A stretch of DNA of 56,957 nt, taken from NCBI GenBank assembly GCA_043819135.1, contig JBDRFG010000013.1:1-56957 (forward strand). Direction: 5' to 3'. Below the pieces are notes generated by a model. The model searched no databases and was not told the DNA's origin. It saw only the letters and a program-made list of their open reading frames with translations. The DNA comes from Candidatus Eiseniibacteriota bacterium (GTDB taxonomy: Bacteria > Joyebacterota > Joyebacteria > Joyebacterales > Joyebacteraceae). Shown here piece after piece: positions 25,509 through 35,253 of this stretch; the first letter of the stretch is position 1, and each line of letters begins with the position of its first letter. Position numbers and translations under genes: made by a program.

Positions 25509-28133
25509 CTATCTCAGAACGACCAGCTTGCCGCGTCGCACGTCGTCACCGGCGACCAGCTTGACGAAGTAGAGACCACTTCCCACTCTGCGACCCCGCT
25601 CGTCGGAACCGTCCCACAGAACCTCGACCGGACCGGGTCCGGCCTGACCGCTGACAAGCGTCCGAACCAGGCGCCCGTCGACGCTGTAGACCGCGAGCGT
25701 TACGTCGGCAGCGACCGGCATCTCGAACACCAGTGTCGTCGCTGCGCCGAACGGATTGGGCTGCGCCGGGCGAAGCGCGAGTCGCGGGATACCGCCAACG
25801 CTCGTGGAGTCTACGATGAAGCTCCCGGTGTCCATTAGAAGACCCCGCTCCGTCCCGTCGTCTCCGTAGGCACGCCAGTAGTAGGTGCCGTTCGCCAGCG
25901 CCAGGTCGACCGTCCAACCCGTCGTGGTCGTCCCCTCCGCGACACCGGACGCTGACGTGGCGACGGACGTGCAGAGCTGATCAGTGTAGACGACGAAACC
26001 GTATGTCAGCACGTCGCCGGGGTCCGGGTCGGAAGCGTTCGATACCGTGAGCATCGGGGTCGAGATTGAGACCGTTCCGCCCTCCGGGGGAGCCGAGAGA
26101 ACCGGAGCCGTCGGCGCGGCGTTTCCCGTGGCGGGGCCGTAGATCTCAACATCGTCAATGTACCAGCCGTCCTCTGTGACGTAGGTGTCGGAGTTGAACC
26201 TGAATCTCAGCTTGAAGTTTGCGGTGCCCACGAAGTCGTCCAGAGGAAGCACGATCTGGGCCCACGGCCAGTTGCCGTGGTACCTCTCGCCTACCTGCAG
26301 CCAGGTCGTCCCGCCGTCCGAGGAGGCCTCCACGTAGCAGTAGTCCCAATTCGCCTCGGTGTCGATCTTGTGCCAGAACTTGAGCTCCGCCGCCACTGCG
26401 CTGGAGAAGTCGATCGGGCTGGCCAGCTCGATCCACGTGTTCCTGTAGTTGGCGTAGTCCCCGCCGGGGCTGTCGGTGTACGAGTTCGCGGGTGAGTTGG
26501 AGTACGTCCCGGTGAGACCCCAGAGGCCGTCGCTCTCGACCCAGTTGCCGGTCCCGCTCTCCATGTCGTCGGAGAAAAGAAGCGCCGGAGACCCGACCAT
26601 CCAGACGATCTCCTCCTCGCCCTCGAAGTCGTCGGCCGAGATCTCCACTCTGAGCACCAGCCCGTGCCCGTCGGGCGTCGACGGGTCGAGCGTGAACGAG
26701 AACGGGTCGGAAGAGTTGTTGACGAAATTCCGCGCTCCGATGGCACCCAGCGTTGAGGAAGCATCGTTGAGCTGGACGTAGGGGTCGTCGCTCGAGAGCG
26801 TGATCGAAACGTTCGTCGCCCCGACCGCAATGCCCTGGTTGTCTATGGTGACCTCGAGATCGAGCGTCTCGCCCGGATCGGGGATCTGGTCGCCGTTACC
26901 GCCCGCGAGCGTGTACGTGTCCCTGAGCGCGAGGTACGAGCCGGAGATGCGGGTCGCGTACTGCTGCGGCCAGAGGTTCTCGGCGACGAGACCGGGGAGT
27001 TCGCTCTCCTGTGGCCAGAAGTCGCTTCCGCCCACCTCCACACACACGGATAGACAGCCCAGTGCTCCGTAGAGCCAATCACAGGTAGTGCCGGAGCACT
27101 CGTAGTTGATGACGTCCCACGCTCTGCCCACCTCATAGCCGTTGTACTTCGCCATTTCGTTGGCGATCTCCGTGAAGAGTGCCTCGTCGGGGTTGAAGGC
27201 CGCGCCGCTGTAGCCCCACGGGATTAGTACGGCGCCCACGACTGAGTGGAACGAGATGTTCACGGGGAAGTCGTGAGCCATAACGAAGTCCCTGTAGGCC
27301 TGATTCTCCAGCTCGCTGAATCCGGCCGTGCCGCAATAGAGGTCGTGGCACTTATCAGTGGAGATGCCCGTCGTCCCCCACTCCCAGTCGTAGTTTCGGT
27401 TGTTGTCGACGCCCAGGCAGGTACTCCCGGCGTTGACGCGCCTGTTCTTCCGCCACATGTTCCCCCAGGCAATCGACTCGTTGTAGACGTATCCGTCCGG
27501 ATTGACGATGGGGAAGAACCATATCTCACGATCGTCGACCAGGTAGGTGGCCTCGGAGTCGGTCCCGTAGTTCTCACAGAGCCACTTCATGTAGTGGAGG
27601 ATGGCCTCCATAGCGATGGGCTCGCGCGCGTGGTGCATGCCGTCGAAGAACACCTCGGGCTCCGTTGCGGACTCGTCCACACCGGGGTTGTCCGATATCT
27701 TCATCACCCAGAGGTCACGTCCCTCCTCGGTGGTCCCGATGGAAACCTTGTCGGTCGTGATGGCCGGGTAGGCCGCGTGAAGGGCGTCGAGTTCGGTGAC
27801 CATCTCGGAGAAGGTGTGGAAGTCCCCGAAATCTGCGCGCGACATGCGGGAGCGGTAGTAGCTCGGCAGGTCGGCCACCTCGACAACAACGTTGAAACCC
27901 GCGGCGCGGAGTTCGGTCACTTCGTCGGGATTCGTGATGATGGTCGCGCCAACGCCCCGCTTCGACTTCATGACGTCGAGCCCGGGCGTGGCGAGAAACG
28001 CGTTCCACTCATCGATCGAGGCGAACTCGATGCGGGCACGCATGGTGGCGAGATCGGGGTCGCCCGCGTGTGCCGCCGGTGTAAGGGCGACCAGCACGGC
28101 GATAAGCAGGACGGCTCTGAGGGACGTTCCCAT
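25509..28133 (-). CDS. Secreted M14 zinc carboxypeptidase with jelly-roll module and FlgD-Ig-like tail
   Basis: Signal peptide; HHAREP, VNPDG, WRKNRR, DNNRNY, SFHS, CVEVG; tail PNPF...YSVDGRLVRTL...SGLYFVKL. Confidence 0.92.
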   Translation of the reverse strand: MGTSLRAVLLIAVLVALTPAAHAGDPDLATMRARIEFASIDEWNAFLATPGLDVMKSKRGVGATIITNPDEVTELRAAGFNVVVEVADLPSYYRSRMSRADFGDFHTFSEMVTELDALHAAYPAITTDKVSIGTTEEGRDLWVMKISDNPGVDESATEPEVFFDGMHHAREPIAMEAILHYMKWLCENYGTDSEATYLVDDREIWFFPIVNPDGYVYNESIAWGNMWRKNRRVNAGSTCLGVDNNRNYDWEWGTTGISTDKCHDLYCGTAGFSELENQAYRDFVMAHDFPVNISFHSVVGAVLIPWGYSGAAFNPDEALFTEIANEMAKYNGYEVGRAWDVINYECSGTTCDWLYGALGCLSVCVEVGGSDFWPQESELPGLVAENLWPQQYATRISGSYLALRDTYTLAGGNGDQIPDPGETLDLEVTIDNQGIAVGATNVSITLSSDDPYVQLNDASSTLGAIGARNFVNNSSDPFSFTLDPSTPDGHGLVLRVEISADDFEGEEEIVWMVGSPALLFSDDMESGTGNWVESDGLWGLTGTYSNSPANSYTDSPGGDYANYRNTWIELASPIDFSSAVAAELKFWHKIDTEANWDYCYVEASSDGGTTWLQVGERYHGNWPWAQIVLPLDDFVGTANFKLRFRFNSDTYVTEDGWYIDDVEIYGPATGNAAPTAPVLSAPPEGGTVSISTPMLTVSNASDPDPGDVLTYGFVVYTDQLCTSVATSASGVAEGTTTTGWTVDLALANGTYYWRAYGDDGTERGLLMDTGSFIVDSTSVGGIPRLALRPAQPNPFGAATTLVFEMPVAADVTLAVYSVDGRLVRTLVSGQAGPGPVEVLWDGSDERGRRVGSGLYFVKLVAGDDVRRGKLVVLR

Positions 28134-28229
28134 TCGTGACTCCCCTTTCGGACCGATCACGACTTCAGGGTGCGAATAGCGGTATCGCTCCCGAAGGAGC
28201 GTCAAACGAGTCTGATGACCCAAGTGCTC

Positions 28230-28258
28230 ATAATAGCACAGATTACGCCGTAAATCAA
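28230..28258 (-). promoter_or_regulatory. Sigma70-type promoter
   Basis: TTGATT-N17-TATTAT with extended TG. Confidence 0.6.
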
Positions 28259-28282
28259 TGCCCAGGATGGGTGCGACCTGGC

Positions 28283-29002
28283 TCAGGTCCTAAGAACGAG
28301 GGCTGTCCCATCGGGGATCCTCTCCCACGTGAGGGCGACTTCCGAGACGATCTCGGACGACGCCACGGCTGTGCCGCCACGCCGGGCGACCCATGGCGTG
28401 TAGTAGAGTGGACGGGGGGTGTCCGGCGACATGCGCGCGTAGACCGCGACGCTATCGCCGGTCGCCAGAAAGCAATTGAGACAGGTGAAGTCCCGTATCC
28501 CCAGCATGATCTCGGTGAGTGATGCAGCGATGCGGTCTGTGTCGAGCAGAGTCAGCACGTGATGGAACAGAAGCTCGGAGTCGATGCCTCCGGAGGGCTC
28601 AAGCGAGGCGTCACTCTCGAACTGGGTGAGGTCGTTGACCGCCCCGTTGTGGCAGAAGGCCCACTCCTCGCCGCGCCACTCCTCCAGGAAGGGATGTGAG
28701 TTCGGCACGTCGATGGTGCCACGGTCCGGCGTCCGTCGCGCATGAAGAATGACGAGGTTGGTCCGTATGTCGGACATAGCGTCGAACTCCGCGTCGTCAA
28801 GACACGAGGCCGCGCTCCTGCGCCTGACGAGCCCGTCCCCGTCCCGGAAGGCCACGCCCCACCCACAGTCGTGAATCAGCCTTTCACCTTCCCCGCGCAG
28901 TTCGTGGTCGTACGCCGGGTTCGTGTTCGACGCCATCACCCTCAGAGCGTCCACCAGAGGTCCCATCTCGAAGCGTCCAACGGCCGCTATCATCCTGCAC
29001 AC
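28283..29002 (-). CDS. Class II glutamine amidotransferase (Ntn hydrolase, EgtC/YafJ-like)
   Basis: GTG start gives MCRM with an N-terminal Cys; DCGWG, LHAR, NSHPF, FCHNG, DSE; overlaps the upstream stop. Confidence 0.85.
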   Translation of the reverse strand: MCRMIAAVGRFEMGPLVDALRVMASNTNPAYDHELRGEGERLIHDCGWGVAFRDGDGLVRRRSAASCLDDAEFDAMSDIRTNLVILHARRTPDRGTIDVPNSHPFLEEWRGEEWAFCHNGAVNDLTQFESDASLEPSGGIDSELLFHHVLTLLDTDRIAASLTEIMLGIRDFTCLNCFLATGDSVAVYARMSPDTPRPLYYTPWVARRGGTAVASSEIVSEVALTWERIPDGTALVLRT

Positions 29003-30129
29003 TGGCGTTCCCCCTCCACGATCGTCAGTGAGAGCGCCTTGTTGTCTCGCGTCGCCGCCCTCCACGCCGGAGCTATCAGCGCCCTGAGAACGGGGGTGCG
29101 GGCCACGTGCTTCAGGAACCCCGGCCCGAGGCTGTAGACGAATTCGCCCTTCCGCCTGCTGCCATCTGTCATCGGGACGACCTCCGCCTCGACGCGACGT
29201 GCGTAGGCGGCCGACGCAGCGCCGCTCGAGTCGACGGATGCAGCGATCGTATCGGCCGCCGTTCGCCCGCTGAGGATCGCCGAGGAGATGCCCTCGCCCG
29301 TCACCGGATTGGCCAGGCCGGCAGCGTCACCGGCGAAGAGAACTCGGTCCGTCCCCAGCGCATCCGCGGGCCTGCGCACTGGGATAGGGAACGCGAACGG
29401 TCCCTCGGTCGGCCATCCCGTGAGACCTCTCGAAGCGAGAAATGCGTCGAGATCACGCCTGAAGCCGTCGCGAAGCTCATGCTGGCTGAAGAGGCCGACG
29501 TTCAGATGGTCGCTCTTCGGGAAGATCCAGCCATAGCCGTGACTCGCGGCGGTCGGGTCGAAGAGCACGCGCCCGGAGAGGCGCTCCGGCAGCTCGCCGG
29601 ACGCGGGGCGCGCGCGCACGTACATCCCGCCACCCATCCGAACGGGGGTCAGTGCCAGCATGCGGCGCCCCGTGCCGCGCGCGCCGTCGGCAACAACGAC
29701 GTGACGCGCCGTCATTGAATCGCTTCCGGACGTAACGCGGACTCCGGCGCTTTCCTCTTCCAGAGCGCTCACGGCCCTGCCGAACTCGACCGTGGCTCCG
29801 GCGGCCTCGGCGGCCCGGACCAGCAGCGCATCCAGCTCGCGGCGCGTTGTGGTCGCGACGAGAGTGTCCGGGCTATCAACAATGAGTGAATAATGACGAC
29901 CGAAGACGATCTCGGCGGTGTGGAAACGTCGCTGCTCGACGGACTCCTGTTCCCCGCCCAGAAGCCGGAGCGCCTTGTCCGTCAGATCGGCGCCGCACGG
30001 CTTCGCCCGCGGGAACGTGGACTTCTCGAGGACAACAACGGTCAGGCCCAGCTCGGCGGCCCGGCGCGCGCAGCTGCTCCCTGCCGGGCCGGCGCCCACG
30101 ACAATCAAATCGAACGTTTTGCTCAACAC
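28990..30129 (-). CDS. Geranylgeranyl reductase family FAD-dependent oxidoreductase
   Basis: VVGAGPAGS, FPRAKPCG, VADG, GYGWIFP, GDAAGLANPVTGEGI. Confidence 0.88.
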   Translation of the reverse strand: MLSKTFDLIVVGAGPAGSSCARRAAELGLTVVVLEKSTFPRAKPCGADLTDKALRLLGGEQESVEQRRFHTAEIVFGRHYSLIVDSPDTLVATTTRRELDALLVRAAEAAGATVEFGRAVSALEEESAGVRVTSGSDSMTARHVVVADGARGTGRRMLALTPVRMGGGMYVRARPASGELPERLSGRVLFDPTAASHGYGWIFPKSDHLNVGLFSQHELRDGFRRDLDAFLASRGLTGWPTEGPFAFPIPVRRPADALGTDRVLFAGDAAGLANPVTGEGISSAILSGRTAADTIAASVDSSGAASAAYARRVEAEVVPMTDGSRRKGEFVYSLGPGFLKHVARTPVLRALIAPAWRAATRDNKALSLTIVEGERQCAG

Positions 30130-30229
30130 AGGACTCCCGCAACGAGGACCGGGAAGTGGTCAGCAGGGCCGGTCAGCAGGGCCGGTCGGACGGCCAACTG
30201 GACGACCGGTTGGAGCGGCGCGGCCGACG

Positions 30230-31987
30230 CTATTCGAAAACCAACTCCCCGAACGTGCCCGGGTCGTAGTCAATTGGCACCTGCCAGTCGCCCGTGGCGC
30301 CCGTCCTGGCCTGCTTCCGCCGGAAGTTCGCTCTCCAGGCCGGGAAAGCCTCGATGTCCCCGCCTATCTGGTCGAGGGGGATCCTGACCTCCACGCTCCA
30401 CCGGTCGTCGGTCCGCTGAGTCGCAACGTCGTACGCGCCGTCCCACTCGCGGTCGGCGGTGTACCACATCGTCTCGTCGAAAGTGATCCTCTGGTCGAAG
30501 ACCGTACCCAGCGGATTGATGTATATCTGATAGACGGTCATTTCGTCGGGATCGGGCTGGAAGAAGTACCCGACGCAGTCCTCGCCGAATACGGACCCGT
30601 CCCGCTCCTCAATGCCGGCCGCGATGTTCACCATCTCAGGATCGAAGCATATCGCCGACAGATACAGGTTCTCGGTATCGCAGGCGAAGGAGAACTCAGT
30701 TCTGCCCTCGACGGGTACATCGTAGCCCGCGTGGAGCCTGCTCACTGGCGCGCAGCTGCCCCAGCACGCGTCGGAGGGATCGCCGTCTATGATCGGAGGA
30801 TCCGACGTTATCGGACCCTTTGCCGTTCGCATCACTCGCGCCGGCAGGTCGACGTCGAGGAGTTTCCCGTTCGACAGCGGATAGCGGCAGCTCATGCGCG
30901 GCGCCGGATAGAGATCCCCCTGATTGAGCATCACGAAGGTCAGTGTCTCGGTATCACCCGGGGCGACTGCAACGATCGCCTGCTCGGGCTCGACGGTCCA
31001 CCCTTCCGGAACATCCCAGACAACAACGTCCTCGATGACCCTGTCGGTCACGTTCTCGATCGTCACCTCGACGGGTGCGCGGAGCGACGCGTCGTCGAAG
31101 ACCCTCACGGCCCCCATTGTAACGAATTCACTCTCGACTCGTTCTATCTCGCGGACATCGCTCTCCGTCACCACGCTACGCGGGTAAACGCTGCCCAGAT
31201 CGACTATCGCGAGCTCGTAGCCGGGAGACGTCACCGTGACCCAGCCGAACTGGAAGAACTCCCCCCTGGTGACGGGCTGCTCGGTGCTCCGGTACAGGCC
31301 GCCTCCCGAGCTGCCGATAACGGTGTAATCGATCCCGTCGAACTCGGTCGAGAAGTAGTGGTGAAGATGTCCGTTGAACACCGCATCCACACCGTGCTCG
31401 CGGAAGATCTCATGGAGAGCGTCGGGCTCGCCCATCACGAGGGTCTGCGCCCAAAGCGGCTTATGGGCGAACACGAAGATGTTCTCGGCGTCGCTGTGCC
31501 CCGACAGATCGGCGACCAACCAGTCTTTCTGGTCATCCGGGAAGTCGGCGGCGACATCAATGCGGCTGTTGTCGAGGACGATGAAGTGGGTGTTCCCGTG
31601 GTCGAACGAATAGAATGGGTCGAAGCCCGTTCTGGCCCTGTACATGGCCTCGGCCTCGTCGTCCCAGATATCGTGATTGCCGGGGGTCATGTAGACCGGC
31701 ACTTCAAGGGCGCCAATGAGAGCCTGCACTGAATCCCATTCGGCATCAGATCGCTCGTAGTCCTCGCCATATCCCTCTATGTGGTCGCCGACGGTGACCA
31801 CGAAATCAGGATTCAGCAGGTTGATCTCCTCAATGACCTGCGGATAGATGCCGGGCGTGTGACCGCCGGTGCGGTCGCTCAAGATCGCGAATCTGAAGAG
31901 ATACTCCGAACCTGTGCCGGCGGCCGCAGAGCAGAGGCAGGCCAGCACGCAAACGGCAATCACTGACGCAACGAGCGTCCGCATCAT
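30230..31987 (-). CDS. Secreted calcineurin-like metallophosphoesterase with C-terminal CBM9-like domain
   Basis: GGAGGAGG RBS; signal peptide; GD, PGNHD, HKP, NGHLH; PIIDGDPSDACW...WSVEVRIP...WRANF. Confidence 0.85.
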   Translation of the reverse strand: MMRTLVASVIAVCVLACLCSAAAGTGSEYLFRFAILSDRTGGHTPGIYPQVIEEINLLNPDFVVTVGDHIEGYGEDYERSDAEWDSVQALIGALEVPVYMTPGNHDIWDDEAEAMYRARTGFDPFYSFDHGNTHFIVLDNSRIDVAADFPDDQKDWLVADLSGHSDAENIFVFAHKPLWAQTLVMGEPDALHEIFREHGVDAVFNGHLHHYFSTEFDGIDYTVIGSSGGGLYRSTEQPVTRGEFFQFGWVTVTSPGYELAIVDLGSVYPRSVVTESDVREIERVESEFVTMGAVRVFDDASLRAPVEVTIENVTDRVIEDVVVWDVPEGWTVEPEQAIVAVAPGDTETLTFVMLNQGDLYPAPRMSCRYPLSNGKLLDVDLPARVMRTAKGPITSDPPIIDGDPSDACWGSCAPVSRLHAGYDVPVEGRTEFSFACDTENLYLSAICFDPEMVNIAAGIEERDGSVFGEDCVGYFFQPDPDEMTVYQIYINPLGTVFDQRITFDETMWYTADREWDGAYDVATQRTDDRWSVEVRIPLDQIGGDIEAFPAWRANFRRKQARTGATGDWQVPIDYDPGTFGELVFE

Positions 31988-32362
31988 GTCGACAACCTCC
32001 TCCTCCGACGGAGATTCCCCGTCGGGGCGCAAGATGCTTCTGGTGATGGAAGATGCTTGATGCTAACTCCCACTCCCCTGCGGTGTCAACCGCGCGAAAG
32101 CATCCTGAAAACATCTCGGCTACTATGCCTCCAGCAGAGTAAGCGGATGGCTGACGCACCGGCGCCGCGTCGACGGGCAACGCCCGCCGCCCTCACACCT
32201 CCGGGCCGAGTATACGTATCGACTTCGTCGCCGTCCGTTGGAAGAGGTCTCTCGTCGGACGAGCGAGCGACGCATTATTTTCTTTGACTCCTGGAGACGC
32301 ATTGATAGTATTCCACTCGTTCAGACGCAACCCCTCGCGGCACACCTTGGAGGAGCTACGAC

Positions 32363-32701
32363 GTGGGCACCTGTCCTGAATGCGAGTGTGAGTTCGAGGA
32401 TCCCATCGAGGTCTGCCCGCACTGCAACGTACCTCTGGTCACGAGAGAAGAGCAGGTCGGCCAGAGCGAAGAGGAAGACGTCGATGGAGACCTTCCCGCT
32501 GAAGGTCTTGTTGTCATAGAGGCCACGGACGACGACGACCGCGTAGGCGAGCTGAGGGAGTTGCTCGAGGAGAGTGGCATACCATGCTTCCTCAGCAACG
32601 AGCTCTCCCCGACCGAGCCACCTCCGGATGAGACGAAGGTGCTCATCCCAAAAGAGATGGCCGGGGACGCGCGGAAGCTGATACGCGATTTCTCCTGCTG
32701 A
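32363..32701 (+). CDS. Small zinc-ribbon / DUF2007-like protein
   Basis: GGAGGAG RBS; CPEC...CPHC; LLEESGIP...VLIP. Confidence 0.75.
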   Translation: MGTCPECECEFEDPIEVCPHCNVPLVTREEQVGQSEEEDVDGDLPAEGLVVIEATDDDDRVGELRELLEESGIPCFLSNELSPTEPPPDETKVLIPKEMAGDARKLIRDFSC

Positions 32702-32744
32702 CTGGTACGCCGCGACCGGGTTCGCCTCTGTCACACGGTCGCGT

Positions 32745-33227
32745 CTACCTCTTGTATCCGATGGTCCGCAGAAAATCCCTGCGCGCCCTGACGTCGTCCT
32801 GTCCCTCGACGCCCTTCGGACTCTCGCCATCTACAACGCCCAGGATGCCTCTCCCCTGTTCCGTCTCGACGACGATCGCCTGGACCTGGTTGGCCGTTGC
32901 GCAGTAGATGCCGCACACCTCGGGGCATGCCTTGACCGCGTTGAGCACGTTGATGGGGAAACCCTCCGTCATTACGACGACGAAGCTGTGCCCGGCGCCC
33001 ACGTCGCCGGCGATCTTCACCGCGGCCACCTTAAGGTCCTCGTCGTTCCCGTCGAAGCGGATCAGGCACGGGCCGGACGCCTCACAGAACGCGACGCCGA
33101 ACTTCATGCCCGGCGCCGAACTCACCAGAACCTCGTAGAGATCGTCCACCGTCTTGATGAAGTGACTCTGCCCGAGGATGATGTTCGCGCCCTCGGGGAA
33201 CGCGATGGGGACGCACTTCGTTTCCAT
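32745..33227 (-). CDS. Adenosine-specific kinase family protein (DUF355)
   Basis: NIILGQSHFIKTV, FGVAFCEASG, IYCATAN, GRGILGVVDG, IGYKR. Confidence 0.9.
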   Translation of the reverse strand: METKCVPIAFPEGANIILGQSHFIKTVDDLYEVLVSSAPGMKFGVAFCEASGPCLIRFDGNDEDLKVAAVKIAGDVGAGHSFVVVMTEGFPINVLNAVKACPEVCGIYCATANQVQAIVVETEQGRGILGVVDGESPKGVEGQDDVRARRDFLRTIGYKR

Positions 33228-33372
33228 CGTCGCACCTCCTCTCCGATTCAACGCGCCGATTGTACACGCCCGCCGGTACCGTGTCACGTGCACGCGAGTC
33301 TTTGGTTGCCAGCGCGTGTCACAGGGGCTAGACTGTGGTGCGCGTTTCGAACCCAAGCGGATGGAGAACGAC

Positions 33373-34527
33373 ATGCGCGTCCTGTACATATCGGAAGTGC
33401 AGTGGCTGTCTCAGGTCTCACGGAAGCACCAGTTTATCAGCCGGTTCCCCGACAACTGGGACGTTCTGTTTCTCTCCCCGATCAATGCCAGCGCGGATGA
33501 GAACAGCTTCCGGGAGAGAACCGACGCGCGCCGCCCGAGCGTCCGGTACGCCTCGATACCTCTGCCGAAACCCGACTCGAATCTCGCGCCCGTGCGGGCG
33601 GTCACGAACATCCTCTCTTACACGGGAACGCGCGCGCTTCTGTCGAGGGTGCGAACCTTCAAACCCGATGTGGTGGTCTGTTCGTACATCTGGGCCGCCC
33701 CGATCGTCCCCCGCATCAGGGCACTCGGGATTCCCGTCGTTTACGACTGCAACGACCTTCACCCGCAGTTCTACCCCGCTTGTCCGGACGCGGCGGAAAG
33801 CGCGTTCCGAAGCCTGATCGCCGGTGCCACCGAGGTCGTATCGTCGTCCGGCCGTCTGCTCGAGGTGTGTGGTCGCGGAATGGTTGTTGGGAACGGAGTC
33901 GACCTCACGACCTTCGCGGGGCGACGCGACGGCCCCCTCCCGGCATTGATTGCGCAGAGCCCCCTGGGCGACTGCGAGGGGCTGGTCACGTACGCGGGAT
34001 CGGTGGACGACCGTGTGGACTTCGGGATACTCGAGGCTCTGACGGACGCGCTGTCAGCCCTCGAGGCCAGAACGGGTCTCGTCTGTATAGGAAGGGTGTT
34101 CACTGGAGCCCGCGACAGGACCGAGGCTCTCGCCGGGAGATACGGCGACCACATCCTCTTCACGGGTCGCGTCCCCTACGACGAGCTGCCCGCCTATCTC
34201 TCTTGCTCTTCGGTCGGCATAGCGCCGTTTGTGCTGAACGAGAGGACGCGGGCCATCAACCCCAACAAACTCTACATGTACGCGGCGATGGAACAGAACA
34301 TCGTGTCGACCCCTTTTTCCGCGGACATAGCGGAACACGAGGATCTCATCTTCACCGCGAAAGGTGCGGACGCGTTCGCGCGGTCCGTAATAGAAGCGCT
34401 CGGCGACGAAGAGCGCCGCCGAGCTGTGCGAGATCGCATCGCCGTCCCCAACAGCTGGGACGAGCGGGCCCGAGCGTTTCTGAAGATCCTCGCCCAGATA
34501 GCAAGCGAGGGACGCGGGGAGGCCTGA
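33373..34527 (+). CDS. GT-B glycosyltransferase (GT4 / TuaH-like)
   Basis: VVYDCND, VGNGVD, YAGSVDDRVD, GRVPYDELPAY, NPNKLYMY, NSW. Confidence 0.85.
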   Translation: MRVLYISEVQWLSQVSRKHQFISRFPDNWDVLFLSPINASADENSFRERTDARRPSVRYASIPLPKPDSNLAPVRAVTNILSYTGTRALLSRVRTFKPDVVVCSYIWAAPIVPRIRALGIPVVYDCNDLHPQFYPACPDAAESAFRSLIAGATEVVSSSGRLLEVCGRGMVVGNGVDLTTFAGRRDGPLPALIAQSPLGDCEGLVTYAGSVDDRVDFGILEALTDALSALEARTGLVCIGRVFTGARDRTEALAGRYGDHILFTGRVPYDELPAYLSCSSVGIAPFVLNERTRAINPNKLYMYAAMEQNIVSTPFSADIAEHEDLIFTAKGADAFARSVIEALGDEERRRAVRDRIAVPNSWDERARAFLKILAQIASEGRGEA

Positions 34528-34609
34528 ATCTCCCCGCGTCCCCGCGCGTCGCGGGAACCCCACGTCACCACCCCTCTCATGCCCCAGGTTCCCTGCCGAT
34601 CGGATGCGT

Positions 34610-35158
34610 CTACTCGTCCTCCGTCGTCCCGGACTCGCCGACCACGACCCGACCCCTTGACTGTGCCGCGTCCGCGCCCTTGAGGCCGGCGCCGTCGATC
34701 TCCACACCGGACCCGGCATCCTCCGCCTCGCGCCCCATGTAGGGCATGAGGTAGAAGGTCAGCATCTCCGACGGGTAGTAGTAGGAGAGCTCTATGTCGT
34801 AGCGCTCGGGCGAGTACCCCGGGGCGTAGACGATGACTCTGAAGTCCTCTTCCTCGGGGCCGCCGCTTCCGTCGTAGTACAAGTAGCCGCAGCGGACGTC
34901 CACGTAGCCCGCCTGGTTCATGGGCCAGGTCCCCTGATAGTCCCAGCTCCACCAGTCGCTCTCGTAGAGCTCCACCTGCGCCCAGGGGATCGGCGTCCCG
35001 GTGAAGTAATCGCGCGCGTAGACGTTCAGCATCGCCATTCGGGGCGGCCGGCTGTCGTTGAACATGTCGTCAATGCAAACGATGCATCCGGATAGCATCA
35101 CGGGCACGATCAGGAGCAGTACACCCGCTGTCAGAGATTTTCTCGCAATCGGTCTCAT
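34610..35158 (-). CDS. Hypothetical lipoprotein
   Basis: GGAGGTG RBS; lipobox LSGC; Tyr-rich beta body. Confidence 0.75.
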   Translation of the reverse strand: MRPIARKSLTAGVLLLIVPVMLSGCIVCIDDMFNDSRPPRMAMLNVYARDYFTGTPIPWAQVELYESDWWSWDYQGTWPMNQAGYVDVRCGYLYYDGSGGPEEEDFRVIVYAPGYSPERYDIELSYYYPSEMLTFYLMPYMGREAEDAGSGVEIDGAGLKGADAAQSRGRVVVGESGTTEDE

Positions 35159-35253
35159 GGTCACCTCCTCTCCCGTTCCTCCAGACTCTGTGCATCCCGA
35201 GCCTCCCGCGCGATGGCCTCAGGACGAACGGTCGGGAACCACGCTTGTGTCCG

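Noticed and set aside
30158..30187. 13-bp tandem repeat GGTCAGCAGGGCC x2
   Set aside because: Only two copies with no spacers, so not a CRISPR array; no evident function.
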